From the IMG/VR virus record IMGVR_UViG_3300031992_000070, positions 1 through 64,000 of that record: 64,000 bases of DNA; one strand, written 5' to 3'. This DNA is from a virus (taxonomy: Duplodnaviria; Caudoviricetes). Made by a program: the position numbers and the translations under genes. The notes beneath the pieces are model-generated. The model saw only the letters and a program-made list of their open reading frames with translations, ran no database searches and was not told where the DNA came from. This document shows, piece by piece, positions 1-9,310 of the stretch; position 1 is the stretch's first letter; each line of letters opens with the position of its first letter.

Positions 1-735
1 GGTGGCAGTGCTTCTGACTGCATAGAACGTGCTGGTTCTGGTAATATGTTGTATATACAATACTATCATGCTGGCGGAATAAATATGTGTCAGGGCGGCG
101 GTAATGTGGGTATAGGTACTACGTCGCCATCCTACAAACTTGATGTATATGGCGCATCTCGTTCAAAGTATATGTGTTTCTACAATAATGCTTACAACGG
201 AAATGCTGGTTATGTAGGAGCGGGCTCGTCATCGTCAAATGAGATAATTCTTGAAGCATACTCGGGTAATGCTCTGTCACTTTGGGCAAACGGTACTAGA
301 ACAGTTTATATAAACACATCGAACAATGTTGGCATAGGAACTGATTCGCCGTCACAAAAGCTTCATGTATCTGGAAATATCTATGCGACAGGCGGTGTAA
401 CCTGTCTCTCCGATATAAGGGAAAAGATGATAGTCAGACCGACGGAAATCACGGTTGAACAGATTGCGAAGATGCCTAGCATTGTGTACAAGTGGAAGAA
501 CAATGGTGATGACTGCGACGAACATGTAGGTAGCATTGCGCAGGACTGGCAGAAAACATTGCCACAGGTTGTGCTTACTGCAAAGGATGAGAAGAAAACA
601 CTTTCGATGCAGTACGGTGTAGCGGCACTAGTAAGTGCTATCACTATAGCCCGCAAGGTTGTAGACCATGAGCGTCGCATCAAGGAACTTGAGAACGAGA
701 ACAGGAAACTAAAGGAACAATTAAAAATAGCATAA
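1..735 (+). CDS. Tail fibre/spike C-terminus with intramolecular chaperone (peptidase S74-like) domain; 5' partial
   Basis: Frame is open from base 1. Two GNVGIGTxSPSxKLxV repeats, an SDIREK autocleavage-type motif and a C-terminal coiled coil. Confidence 0.85.
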   Translation, partial: GGSASDCIERAGSGNMLYIQYYHAGGINMCQGGGNVGIGTTSPSYKLDVYGASRSKYMCFYNNAYNGNAGYVGAGSSSSNEIILEAYSGNALSLWANGTRTVYINTSNNVGIGTDSPSQKLHVSGNIYATGGVTCLSDIREKMIVRPTEITVEQIAKMPSIVYKWKNNGDDCDEHVGSIAQDWQKTLPQVVLTAKDEKKTLSMQYGVAALVSAITIARKVVDHERRIKELENENRKLKEQLKIA

Positions 736-739
736 AGTT

Positions 740-2095
740 ATGGGATGGAGTGGAACTTATGTATCAAAACCAGTCAGTATGTCAGATGTAAAGTCTGCAA
801 TAGGCAGTTCTAGCAACGACCTTGCAACGCTTTGCACCAGTACAGCAATCAATATGTGGTCAAAAATTAAGCCCATATTCCATTCTGGAGTAGGAGCACT
901 TTCAGATTCACAGTTTGCAGACAATACTGGCGGTCAGTCTGGTTATCAAATTAAATACGGAATCAAGCGCGCAAATAGCTACGGAACTACCGACCTTGTA
1001 AATTCGTCAGGTGTCGTTCAAGACAGACAATGGGAATATATCCGACCATCTGGTGGTACTAGTTCGCCTTATCGTTTAAGCGACTTTGCATCAGTAGACC
1101 GTGCTGGTTACGGGTATAGTCCAAAGGCTGTTCCACCTTTCCAGTTGAATATTTCTTCAAATAATGGAATATTACCTATTCCAGCAGGAAATACAGACGG
1201 AACGATTATAACATTTTATTTTAGGTTCGGAAATGCGGTTGACAACTGGTCTTCTGCGCACAGCATTTCGCTTACTGAATTGCTCACAACATCTGAACTT
1301 AACTACTATCCAACCGTCGGATTCTTCTTTAAGAGTGGCAACCTTACTGCGCAATACTATGTATCAAGCCAATACAAGTTAAGCGAAGTGATAAACAGTC
1401 ATGGGTACGTTGCTATAGTTCATGTAGACACAAAGACTATGCGTGATGCAATGAATAGCAGACCAGATGTATGGTTTGCCGATGGCGTTACTTGGACAAC
1501 AATTATGTTCTTGTCATACAAATATTGTGATGGCACGGCTGCGAATCAGCTTACAAGCGGAAATATATCACGTTTGCAATACCAAGCAGACTGGCCTGAC
1601 AGACATTTCTTTAAGGTAAAGACATCGACTTGGATGGACAATGTTTCAAAGCTGTGGTTCACCGTGACGATGAGGAAGCGCAGCAACACTCAATTTGATG
1701 TCACGCAAGTCGTAGTAGACTATAGTGCAAGCCAAAGAATAAATAATATAGCCATTGAAATTGAATATGGAATTGTCGGAGGTGCCGAGCTAGGAAGCAT
1801 CTCAGGGACTTCTTACGGTACTGTTGTTGCGCAAGACAGCCAAGGAAACTGCTATATATACAAAACGACCGACACGCTGACAATGCAAGGCTCAACCACA
1901 AAGACGTATAATACGAATGGTGTTACACAGCCAAACATAAACATCACAGGAGCATTGCCTGCTGGCGAAAAGGTTGCTTACGTGGTAATGCGGTTTAACT
2001 ATGGTGGTATTGAAGTAAGCGGAACTGTAAACATCAGATGCGATACAATATCAACTAACGGCACAACTACCGCTACAGCAAAGATAAAAGGATAA
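740..2095 (+). CDS. Putative virion protein following the tail fibre
   Basis: 451 aa, Ser/Thr/Gly-rich; position in the tail operon. Confidence 0.55.
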   Translation: MGWSGTYVSKPVSMSDVKSAIGSSSNDLATLCTSTAINMWSKIKPIFHSGVGALSDSQFADNTGGQSGYQIKYGIKRANSYGTTDLVNSSGVVQDRQWEYIRPSGGTSSPYRLSDFASVDRAGYGYSPKAVPPFQLNISSNNGILPIPAGNTDGTIITFYFRFGNAVDNWSSAHSISLTELLTTSELNYYPTVGFFFKSGNLTAQYYVSSQYKLSEVINSHGYVAIVHVDTKTMRDAMNSRPDVWFADGVTWTTIMFLSYKYCDGTAANQLTSGNISRLQYQADWPDRHFFKVKTSTWMDNVSKLWFTVTMRKRSNTQFDVTQVVVDYSASQRINNIAIEIEYGIVGGAELGSISGTSYGTVVAQDSQGNCYIYKTTDTLTMQGSTTKTYNTNGVTQPNINITGALPAGEKVAYVVMRFNYGGIEVSGTVNIRCDTISTNGTTTATAKIKG

Positions 2096-2142
2096 ACATT
2101 TTTAGTTCACTTATATTATTAACAATTTAAATTCTTACAATT

Positions 2143-2442
2143 ATGAGTACATTTAACATTACAAGTTCAACACTTAACAGTAACTATGAGTACAAGAACG
2201 GCGTGGTTGTCGTAACTGGCAACTATTCCAAGGATGCAACCAACGACACCTTGCAGAGCATCGGCGGCTCTGTCTACAACGACAACAACGGCGAGCAGGG
2301 TGACTACATCGGCAATTTCAACGGCTACATGCGTGACGGCGAAATCCGCTATTCGCTCTCTGAAATGTCGCGCAAGGACTCCAACAAGGTATGGGATGCC
2401 ATCGACGAGATTGAGGTCTATGTACTTGGAGAGAACGAGTAA
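2143..2442 (+). CDS. Hypothetical protein
   Basis: 99-aa ORF with an A-rich translation start. Confidence 0.6.
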   Translation: MSTFNITSSTLNSNYEYKNGVVVVTGNYSKDATNDTLQSIGGSVYNDNNGEQGDYIGNFNGYMRDGEIRYSLSEMSRKDSNKVWDAIDEIEVYVLGENE

Positions 2443-2483
2443 TCGGAACGTTAAGTTAGTAACACGTAAAGAAAGGACACGTC

Positions 2484-2954
2484 ATGAAAACGAAGATTAC
2501 GACAGAGAAGGTGCTGAATGCCTATCGCATTATCAGCGGTGCAAAGTACACGAAGATGGACGATGCCGACAAAATCAAGGTCTGGAAGATTGCACGCGCA
2601 CTGAAGCCCGTTGCCGACAAGTTTGAGGATGATTCCAAGGACGCAGCCGATAAAATGAAGCCGTCCGAGGATTTCGCCGACAACTTGCAGAAGGCACAGG
2701 AGTTTGAGCGCATCACCAAGGATAAGGACTTTGACGCATCGAAGCTGCCTATGGGCGTAGCCGAGTACAACGGGTTCATCAAGGAGTTTCAGAACTACAA
2801 CAGACTTGTAGGCGAAGCCGTAAAGGAATTTGCCGACAAGGAAGTCGAGATTGAGTTTGAACCGCTTTCGGAAGATGCATTTGGCAAGCTGATGGCATCC
2901 AACGAGTGGACGATGGAACAGACCGTTGAAATCGGCATGCTTATCGTCGGATAA
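2484..2954 (+). CDS. Hypothetical helical protein
   Basis: 156-aa ORF, codirectional with neighbours. Confidence 0.6.
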   Translation: MKTKITTEKVLNAYRIISGAKYTKMDDADKIKVWKIARALKPVADKFEDDSKDAADKMKPSEDFADNLQKAQEFERITKDKDFDASKLPMGVAEYNGFIKEFQNYNRLVGEAVKEFADKEVEIEFEPLSEDAFGKLMASNEWTMEQTVEIGMLIVG

Positions 2955-2990
2955 TTATTATCAACAACTAAAAAAGAAAGGACAACGCTT

Positions 2991-3167
2991 ATGAAATGGA
3001 CAAAACTTGCAATCTTTTTCATCCTGCTTCTGTACTTCTTCGGTACTGTAGCAGGCATCGGGTATTCACTTTATCACGGTGAGTGGTGGGTTTCGATAGG
3101 CATTGCAGCCGTATCGGCACTTGCATTCCCGAAAGCAAAGGAGTTGTTTGACATACTACGACCTTAA
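2991..3167 (+). CDS. Small membrane protein (58 aa, two hydrophobic segments; possibly holin-like)
   Basis: Translated by hand: MKWTKLAIFFILLLYFFGTVAGIGYSLYHGEWWVSIGIAAVSALAFPKAKELFDILRP; last gene before a terminator. Confidence 0.55.
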   Translation: MKWTKLAIFFILLLYFFGTVAGIGYSLYHGEWWVSIGIAAVSALAFPKAKELFDILRP

Positions 3168-3194
3168 CCATCGTGGTTTCTGTTGTTTGAAAGT

Positions 3195-3227
3195 GGGTGC
3201 GGAACATAAAAATTCCGTGCCCTTTTT
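3195..3227 (+). terminator. Intrinsic terminator
   Basis: GGGTGCGGAA/TTCCGTGCCC stem followed by T5. Confidence 0.75.
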
Positions 3228-3387
3228 CGTTGTAACACGTTATGTTACAGCGTATTTGTGCGGACTACGAAAATAAAAAAAGAAGATTTGTTTGCTAGGT
3301 AATTGCTGTAACCTAGTAAACACTAATGCAAACGAAAAACAACACGGACTTGTAAAAGTCCCGTATGGATTTAATTTGTTTCCGTCG

Positions 3388-3395
3388 TAACTTTG
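3388..3395 (+). promoter_or_regulatory. Bacteroidota -7 promoter element
   Basis: TAACTTTG matches TAnnTTTG, upstream of the 3458 gene. Confidence 0.65.
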
Positions 3396-3457
3396 CAACC
3401 GTAACGTTACAAAGTGAGTAATAACTAAAAGTATAACAAATTAAATCTTTATTTGAC

Positions 3458-4414
3458 ATGGCAGAGATTTATCAGCTCCCAAGTGAAAATTCGGGAAATG
3501 CAGGAATGGGCAACATTCCCTTCTCTATCCCCATCGGCGGTTTCGGCATGGGTAATGGCTGGGGCAACGGCTTCGGCAATGGTATGAACGGTGTATTTGA
3601 CATCTTCGCACTTGCAATCATCGCTAATATGTTCGGATGGAACGGAGGCGGTTTCGGTGGATTCGGTGGCTGTAACAACAACGGCCTTGGTTTCCTTGCA
3701 AACCAACTCAACAATGACAGCGGACGTGAACTTCTTATGAATGCTATCACCTCGCAGGGTGAGGCAAACCGCAGCGCAGTTCAGAACCTTGCTACTACTT
3801 TAGGTCAGGATTTCGACCTTGTAAATGCAGCCGTTTCAAACGTTCAGAACTCGTTGCAGACACTTGCCTTGCAGCAAGCCGTTAGCGTACCTCAGATTAT
3901 CAACGCAATTCAGAGTGGCAATCAGTCACTTTCTCAACAGTTCTGCCAGTGCTGCTGCCAGACACAACAGCAGATTATGGCACAGGGCTACGAGAATCAG
4001 ATTCGCACCATCGAGCAGACTGGCACATTGTCTAATCAGGCAAATGTCAACGCAGCACAGATTCGTGCCGACATTGCACAGCAGACCACGTTCATCAACG
4101 AGAAGTTCTGTGACCTTGAAAAGCGTGAGTTGCAAGACAAGATTACAAACTTGACTGCAAACAACGCACTGTTGCGTTCACAGATTGACAACGCCAATCA
4201 GACCGCAGCTATCACAAGTTACGTGAATGGTCTTGTAAGTCCTATCGCAAAGGAGGTCAATGACATTAAGTGTTCTATGCCTCAGACCGTGCCCGTTCAA
4301 TGGCCGCAGTTGACCGCAGTTAATACCACTCCTTACGTTAGTGGTGGTTTCTACGGACAGCCTTGGGGTGGTTTCTACGGCAATGGCTTTGGTGGCAACA
4401 ACATCGTATTCTAA
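3458..4414 (+). CDS. Gly/Asn-rich protein with CCC motif and coiled coil (recurrent gut-phage family, function unknown)
   Basis: Gly-rich N-terminus, FCQCCCQTQQ motif, PVQW..GGFYG tail. Confidence 0.75.
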   Translation: MAEIYQLPSENSGNAGMGNIPFSIPIGGFGMGNGWGNGFGNGMNGVFDIFALAIIANMFGWNGGGFGGFGGCNNNGLGFLANQLNNDSGRELLMNAITSQGEANRSAVQNLATTLGQDFDLVNAAVSNVQNSLQTLALQQAVSVPQIINAIQSGNQSLSQQFCQCCCQTQQQIMAQGYENQIRTIEQTGTLSNQANVNAAQIRADIAQQTTFINEKFCDLEKRELQDKITNLTANNALLRSQIDNANQTAAITSYVNGLVSPIAKEVNDIKCSMPQTVPVQWPQLTAVNTTPYVSGGFYGQPWGGFYGNGFGGNNIVF

Positions 4415-4440
4415 CAATTAAGGCATAGGAGGTTAAAAGC

Positions 4441-4785
4441 ATGAGTTGTAATTGTAATAACTGCAATATAACAATCAACGCAGGAGGGCAGCCATACATT
4501 GCGAATACGCAAGTTACAGTAGGCACTGATACCGTGAATATTGCGCTTGGATGGAGACGTATTCAGCCTATCGGATATTTTACAATCCGTATGGAAAACC
4601 AGATTCCGTCCGATGCAACCACTGCGTTACCAATTACGCTTACTTTGAATGGAATTACACGTCCACTGCTTTTGCCTAATGGCGACCCAGTGACAGTAGC
4701 AACCATTCTTAACGTGAGCGTTATGGAGATATTCAACGACAAGTGGAACAACATCCTTGCGCTTATGTCAAGGACTATTGTGTAA
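4441..4785 (+). CDS. Beta-rich hypothetical protein
   Basis: 114 aa with MSCNCNNC start; same operon. Confidence 0.65.
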   Translation: MSCNCNNCNITINAGGQPYIANTQVTVGTDTVNIALGWRRIQPIGYFTIRMENQIPSDATTALPITLTLNGITRPLLLPNGDPVTVATILNVSVMEIFNDKWNNILALMSRTIV

Positions 4786-4817
4786 ACCAAGTGATTAACA
4801 ACAAAAAGTAATTAACA

Positions 4818-5369
4818 ATGGAATTTTCAGCACTAACGAACGGAATGCCGTTCTATGTATTAAGAAAGAGTGACAAGCCTTTTTTGGAGGTTGGTGTGGT
4901 AAAGCAGAAATCGCAGCCACGGGCACAGTACCCGATGCAGACACCAAATGTTGGTATGGGGTTACAGATGCAGCAGGTTGTGGATATTACGGCGACCATC
5001 AACGGCAAGGACGAAACGTTTCCGAACCTGCCTGTTAACGTGGAAATAGCCCAAAAGGGCAATGATACGTTTAGCGGTAGCAGGGAGGCGATGTTGCAAG
5101 CCGTGGACGCTATGTTGCAGACATCAAAGAAAGCAATAGAGCAAGTTCCGTACCACAAATCGGTTATAACCGAGAGCGAAAAGATGCTTGAAACGCTTAA
5201 TCCACAGTATGCCGAGAACAAGCAGAATGCAAGGGTTATTCAGTCCTTGCAGGAAAAACAGAAGATGCAAGAACAACAGCTTGCCGAACTAAAGGCGCAG
5301 AACACGGAAATGCTATCCATCTTACGACAACTGAACGGTTCTCCGTCCGCTGGTGTTGTTAATCCTTAA
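4818..5369 (+). CDS. Hypothetical coiled-coil protein
   Basis: 183 aa with a Gln-rich coiled-coil C-terminus. Confidence 0.65.
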   Translation: MEFSALTNGMPFYVLRKSDKPFLEVGVVKQKSQPRAQYPMQTPNVGMGLQMQQVVDITATINGKDETFPNLPVNVEIAQKGNDTFSGSREAMLQAVDAMLQTSKKAIEQVPYHKSVITESEKMLETLNPQYAENKQNARVIQSLQEKQKMQEQQLAELKAQNTEMLSILRQLNGSPSAGVVNP

Positions 5370-5383
5370 AAACCGAATAAATT

Positions 5384-5608
5384 ATGGCATGGATTTTTGT
5401 TGACAAAGAGAAGGACGGCGGTGAAATGCGTCAGCAGATGCGTCGTTCAATGCGTGGCGGCTACCGCTACGACGGCTATTCACCTATGATGCGTGAGGAC
5501 AAGTGGGAGCACGGCTACCGCATGGGCTACAAGCACGGTTGGGAAGATTCCGAGGACGATGAAATGGAAATGCGTCGTGCAAGGGACAGTCGAGGCCGTT
5601 ACGTTTGA
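5384..5608 (+). CDS. Small charged protein ending RRARDSRGRYV
   Basis: 74 aa, Arg/Met/Gly-rich. Confidence 0.65.
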   Translation: MAWIFVDKEKDGGEMRQQMRRSMRGGYRYDGYSPMMREDKWEHGYRMGYKHGWEDSEDDEMEMRRARDSRGRYV

Positions 5609-5694
5609 TTGGTAAAGTAAAGGATGGGATTGGTGGAAATGTTCTGCCAATCCTTTCCAATGTTTAATAAATTGGAATAAAATTGGAAAGGATT

Positions 5695-6093
5695 ATGAAA
5701 CATTATATAAGCGAAGGCCGTGCAATATACGAAGACGAAAACCACGGTCTGTTTTCAAAGAAGCTTGCCGAGTGGGCTATCAACAAAATGGAAATCGAAG
5801 ACCCTGCAACAGGGGTTATGAAGAAAATCACACCAAGAAAGTTGGATGATGTGAAAGAGGTGTTGAAAGAGAACAAGATAGCGTATCCAGAGCAGTTCTG
5901 CTATACGGCTTGGTATCTTTTTAATATGGCCGTTGCGGACTATCCGAAACTTTGCAAGACAGATGAGCAGCGCGCTATTTTTGTAGACGAAACATTGTGC
6001 GACCCCGATGGTATGCCAGAGAATGTCTTGGATTGCTTTGTGACCAAGATGTGCAACGCTGGTGTACCTATATACTGGGAGGAGTTTCTATGA
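5695..6093 (+). CDS. Hypothetical protein
   Basis: ATG at 5695 (TTG alternative at 5683); ends YWEEFL with an ATGA overlap into the next gene. Confidence 0.65.
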   Translation: MKHYISEGRAIYEDENHGLFSKKLAEWAINKMEIEDPATGVMKKITPRKLDDVKEVLKENKIAYPEQFCYTAWYLFNMAVADYPKLCKTDEQRAIFVDETLCDPDGMPENVLDCFVTKMCNAGVPIYWEEFL

Positions 6094-6479
6094 AACAGGC
6101 TTATCTCAGATTCCCGCGCAACGAATGGGGCGTTGCGGTTGTATATGATTTTGACACGTATCTTGAACATGACGTTATGGTTGAGCAGATGCGTAGTTTC
6201 GGAATGACGATACGCAATGCGGAAAAAGCCTTGAGCATCCTTTCTGGGTACAACACTGGAATGGCCGTGAGCAACGAAACGTTGAAGATGTCGGCAATAT
6301 ACATATCAGATGCTACAAGCGTAGAACAGTGGTGGGACAGTGCCGCTCATGAACTTGCTCATGTAGTAACTGCAATCATTGATGCTTATAATGTACCATA
6401 CGATTCAGAGGATGCTGCCTATCTTTCAGGGTATCTTATGCGCCAGCTTGTAAGAGAGGTTGGCGAACCTTGTCGTTAA
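6090..6479 (+). CDS. Putative HExxH metallopeptidase-like protein
   Basis: AAHELAHVV motif; start at the ATGA overlap at 6090. Confidence 0.55.
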   Translation: MKQAYLRFPRNEWGVAVVYDFDTYLEHDVMVEQMRSFGMTIRNAEKALSILSGYNTGMAVSNETLKMSAIYISDATSVEQWWDSAAHELAHVVTAIIDAYNVPYDSEDAAYLSGYLMRQLVREVGEPCR

Positions 6480-6501
6480 TAAATAAAAAACAAACAAAGT
6501 T

Positions 6502-6846
6502 ATGGAAAGAGAAAAGCTTTTAGAAGAGTACAAGGTGACACTTGAAAGCCTTGTGTCAAAGACGGAGTTTATTTACAGTGAAGAGTTTTATAAACTTGAC
6601 GAGTTTGATAAGCAAAAGTACAACAAAGACAAGATGACAACTGAGGCACATCTTAGTACACTATGCGAATTGCTTTGGGGTAAGAAGATGCAGTTTGACA
6701 ACGGTCTTGGAAATATGTTCGCACTTGGCATTCTTAGCTCTATGTTCGGTGGTGGATGGGGAAGCCCAAGCACAGGCACGGATTACCTAAAGAAAACTCT
6801 TGAAGAAAACGCGCAAGCAACGGAAATTGAAAATAAAGCCGAATAA
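6502..6846 (+). CDS. Hypothetical protein
   Basis: 114-aa ORF with an A-rich start region. Confidence 0.6.
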   Translation: MEREKLLEEYKVTLESLVSKTEFIYSEEFYKLDEFDKQKYNKDKMTTEAHLSTLCELLWGKKMQFDNGLGNMFALGILSSMFGGGWGSPSTGTDYLKKTLEENAQATEIENKAE

Positions 6847-6911
6847 CCGCATTTCTTTTGTTCGGTGGATAACTATCAAGGAAAGGCAAAGAAAATGCCG
6901 TAGTGGTCTTA

Positions 6912-6945
6912 AAACGGGGTTATACACAAATATATAACCCCGTTT
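6912..6945. terminator. Bidirectional terminator between convergent blocks
   Basis: 13-bp perfect stem AAACGGGGTTATA/TATAACCCCGTTT. Confidence 0.75.
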
Positions 6946-6950
6946 GTATA

Positions 6951-7889
6951 TTATTCCTTGTATTTCCATATATAATTACACAACCTCACTTTCTTACCGT
7001 TGCAACAATTATATATGCGGCTATAAGGGATGGATGTCATTTTACTTGCTTCATTTACACTTTTATAAGTATTTAAATACTTGCCATCCAAAGAATATTG
7101 TTCGACAGGTTTCGCATGGTCTTTTTCTCTTTTTAGCCAATAAAAATCCAGAACCCAATCTCTATCTTTGGAAAACCTATATACTTTTCTGTCATATTTC
7201 ATGAAGTCTTTTAGCGTTTCGTATTTTAACGCCACAGACTTACAATCTTCATAGGATAAACGTTTTCTTGTGTTAAGATGCCTGCCTTCAAGCCAATCAA
7301 AATGTTTTAAAAAACCGTGTCTGACGGAAGCGTTGTACGCTTTATGGCTATTGCTTTTAAAATCTTTAACCGTCTTGTACTTTTGCGCTTCAATATAACA
7401 TTTTTTATAATCCCATTTTTCGGAATTATAAGTACCTATGGTATTAGTTTTTTCTCCTGTCGGTGCTACGTTTAACAAGTTCCACCCTTCTTTTTCATAC
7501 TTTATGCAATAATAATTTTCTTTTTCAACACCTTCGTCTATTGTCTTAAACCTTTCAAGAATGGTCATCGGTGGAATTTCGATGCCGTGCTTATGTGCAA
7601 ACCTAAAAACAGCAGAATCGTCATTTAATCTATGTTGTGAATCTCTTAATTTTAGGTATAAAGTCCTTCCTACATATATACTTTTTTGTTCAACAAAGAA
7701 ATAGGCATATACGTTGTCGCAATATTTTTCGTTATCTTTTATTCTATCATAAATGGAATTGATTTTGTCTTGTGTTTGTTTATCGTTTATTTGCGGGGGT
7801 TCTTGTCTAATATCCCCATTTATTAAAAGAAAGATAGAATCAATAATTGTTTGTCCTTCGTCTAAATTGCTTAATCGTTTTTCAATCAT
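6951..7889 (-). CDS. GIY-YIG homing endonuclease with C-terminal NUMOD1
   Basis: YAYFF..SIYVGRT..R..QH core; C-terminal KPVEQYSLDG..YKSVNEASK..IWKY. Confidence 0.8.
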   Translation of the reverse strand: MIEKRLSNLDEGQTIIDSIFLLINGDIRQEPPQINDKQTQDKINSIYDRIKDNEKYCDNVYAYFFVEQKSIYVGRTLYLKLRDSQHRLNDDSAVFRFAHKHGIEIPPMTILERFKTIDEGVEKENYYCIKYEKEGWNLLNVAPTGEKTNTIGTYNSEKWDYKKCYIEAQKYKTVKDFKSNSHKAYNASVRHGFLKHFDWLEGRHLNTRKRLSYEDCKSVALKYETLKDFMKYDRKVYRFSKDRDWVLDFYWLKREKDHAKPVEQYSLDGKYLNTYKSVNEASKMTSIPYSRIYNCCNGKKVRLCNYIWKYKE

Positions 7890-7995
7890 AATATACCGAA
7901 ATTTTCATTAGCCGAAAAATTGCAAAGCGGGCATGGCTTTCGGCATACCTTTTCGGACGGTTAATTACTCCTTCCTATCCCACTTTGCAAAGATA
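7890..7995 (-). promoter_or_regulatory. Promoter (TATCTTTG, 7988-7995) plus structured leader
   Basis: Three-helix leader sharing GGATAG..GAWAAG..AAAGCC with 46241-46331. Confidence 0.6.
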
Positions 7996-8056
7996 CTAAT
8001 AAATTACCATACTACCAAATGTTTTGATACAATTCTTTTGCAAAAACGGCTTTCTT

Positions 8057-8341
8057 TTATTGTTTGCTACTTGTGTTTATAATCTTTTCATATTTCTTGC
8101 ACTTGTTATAGTAGTATTCAAGTAACTTTGTTAGCGCAAAATCATTTACCCATTTTGGGTCATCGAGGAACGTGGATATTGTTGCCGTATCACGATTTAT
8201 GTCGTACAACATACCTTCTAACGGCTGCTTGGTAAAATGTTCAAGTTTCTGTTTGTACAGTCCTTCAATAGATGCAAAGACAACATATCCATCTTTCCAA
8301 GCATCAAGAATCATGTTTTTTAAATCTTCTTTTGTTTCCAT
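8057..8341 (-). CDS. Hypothetical protein
   Basis: 94-aa ORF in the operon. Confidence 0.55.
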   Translation of the reverse strand: METKEDLKNMILDAWKDGYVVFASIEGLYKQKLEHFTKQPLEGMLYDINRDTATISTFLDDPKWVNDFALTKLLEYYYNKCKKYEKIINTSSKQ

Positions 8342-8342
8342 A

Positions 8343-8690
8343 CTATAATTCTTTAATCATCTCTACCTCATTTTCATCTCTTGAAAGTTCCTTGAACCCA
8401 AGGCGTTCGTACCATTCACGCAGCCAGATGTTTTTTGCGTCAACATGTAGACGTGCAAATGTCATTCCATAGTCACGGCAGGTGTTGATGGCGTACTGTA
8501 TCATCACCCATCCAAGTCCTTTCTTTCTTTCTGGTTCAAGAACCGAAAGGTCGCAGATATACCCTGTCTTTGGAAACGTCTTTTCGTCAAACTTGACGCA
8601 CACGATAGCCGTTCCGTCATCTTTCACTATGTCAACACTCTTGCCCCAATACCATTGGCATACGTGATATACAAATTCATTTTGTTCCAT
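8343..8690 (-). CDS. GNAT-family acetyltransferase
   Basis: LSVLEPERKKGLGWVM acetyl-CoA motif and WYERLGF. Confidence 0.8.
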   Translation of the reverse strand: MEQNEFVYHVCQWYWGKSVDIVKDDGTAIVCVKFDEKTFPKTGYICDLSVLEPERKKGLGWVMIQYAINTCRDYGMTFARLHVDAKNIWLREWYERLGFKELSRDENEVEMIKEL

Positions 8691-8693
8691 AAA

Positions 8694-9305
8694 TTATATC
8701 TTTTTAGAAAACAATAAAAATACACCTCTAAACTTATAATTCGGATTATCCAATGCTTTATGTATTACATCAAAACTTGAATGAAGTCCTTTTATAGCAG
8801 AAACCAAAGTTGTGAAACTTTCAATATATTCTCCATTGATACTATACTTGTGTACTTCTATTTTAGCACCAAAAGAACCGTTTTTAATTCTGGTGGCAAT
8901 TCTTTTTTCATTTGTTGATTTTTGCCTTGTTGTTCTTGTTATAGCATCCATTGTTAATGGATTGTGAGTATTTTCTTTACATGTACACCACTTTAGATTC
9001 TCAACCCTATTGTCAAACTTGTCGGTATTCAAATGGTCAACACAAGGTTTGTTTTTTGGATTTGGAAGAAATGCTTCTGCAACAAGTCTGTGAACATACA
9101 CTTTCTTAGGTAAAGAATTTTTACGCAAGGAGACGTAATAATATTGCCTTCCAGACGAACATAAAGACAATATCTTTTCTTTTATTAGTCTAAAACCACC
9201 TTTATTGTCGTTTTTTACTAAACGTTCCAAAGATTTAACTCTCCCAAGGCTACTGACTTGGTATAAACCTTCATAACCAACTACGTCTTTCCAAATTTCT
9301 TCCAT
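8694..9305 (-). CDS. NUMOD4-HNH-NUMOD1 homing endonuclease
   Basis: MEEIWKDVVGYEGLYQVSSLGRVKS start; VHRLVA..VDHLN..DNRVENLKW. Confidence 0.85.
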   Translation of the reverse strand: MEEIWKDVVGYEGLYQVSSLGRVKSLERLVKNDNKGGFRLIKEKILSLCSSGRQYYYVSLRKNSLPKKVYVHRLVAEAFLPNPKNKPCVDHLNTDKFDNRVENLKWCTCKENTHNPLTMDAITRTTRQKSTNEKRIATRIKNGSFGAKIEVHKYSINGEYIESFTTLVSAIKGLHSSFDVIHKALDNPNYKFRGVFLLFSKKI

Positions 9306-9310
9306 AAGCA

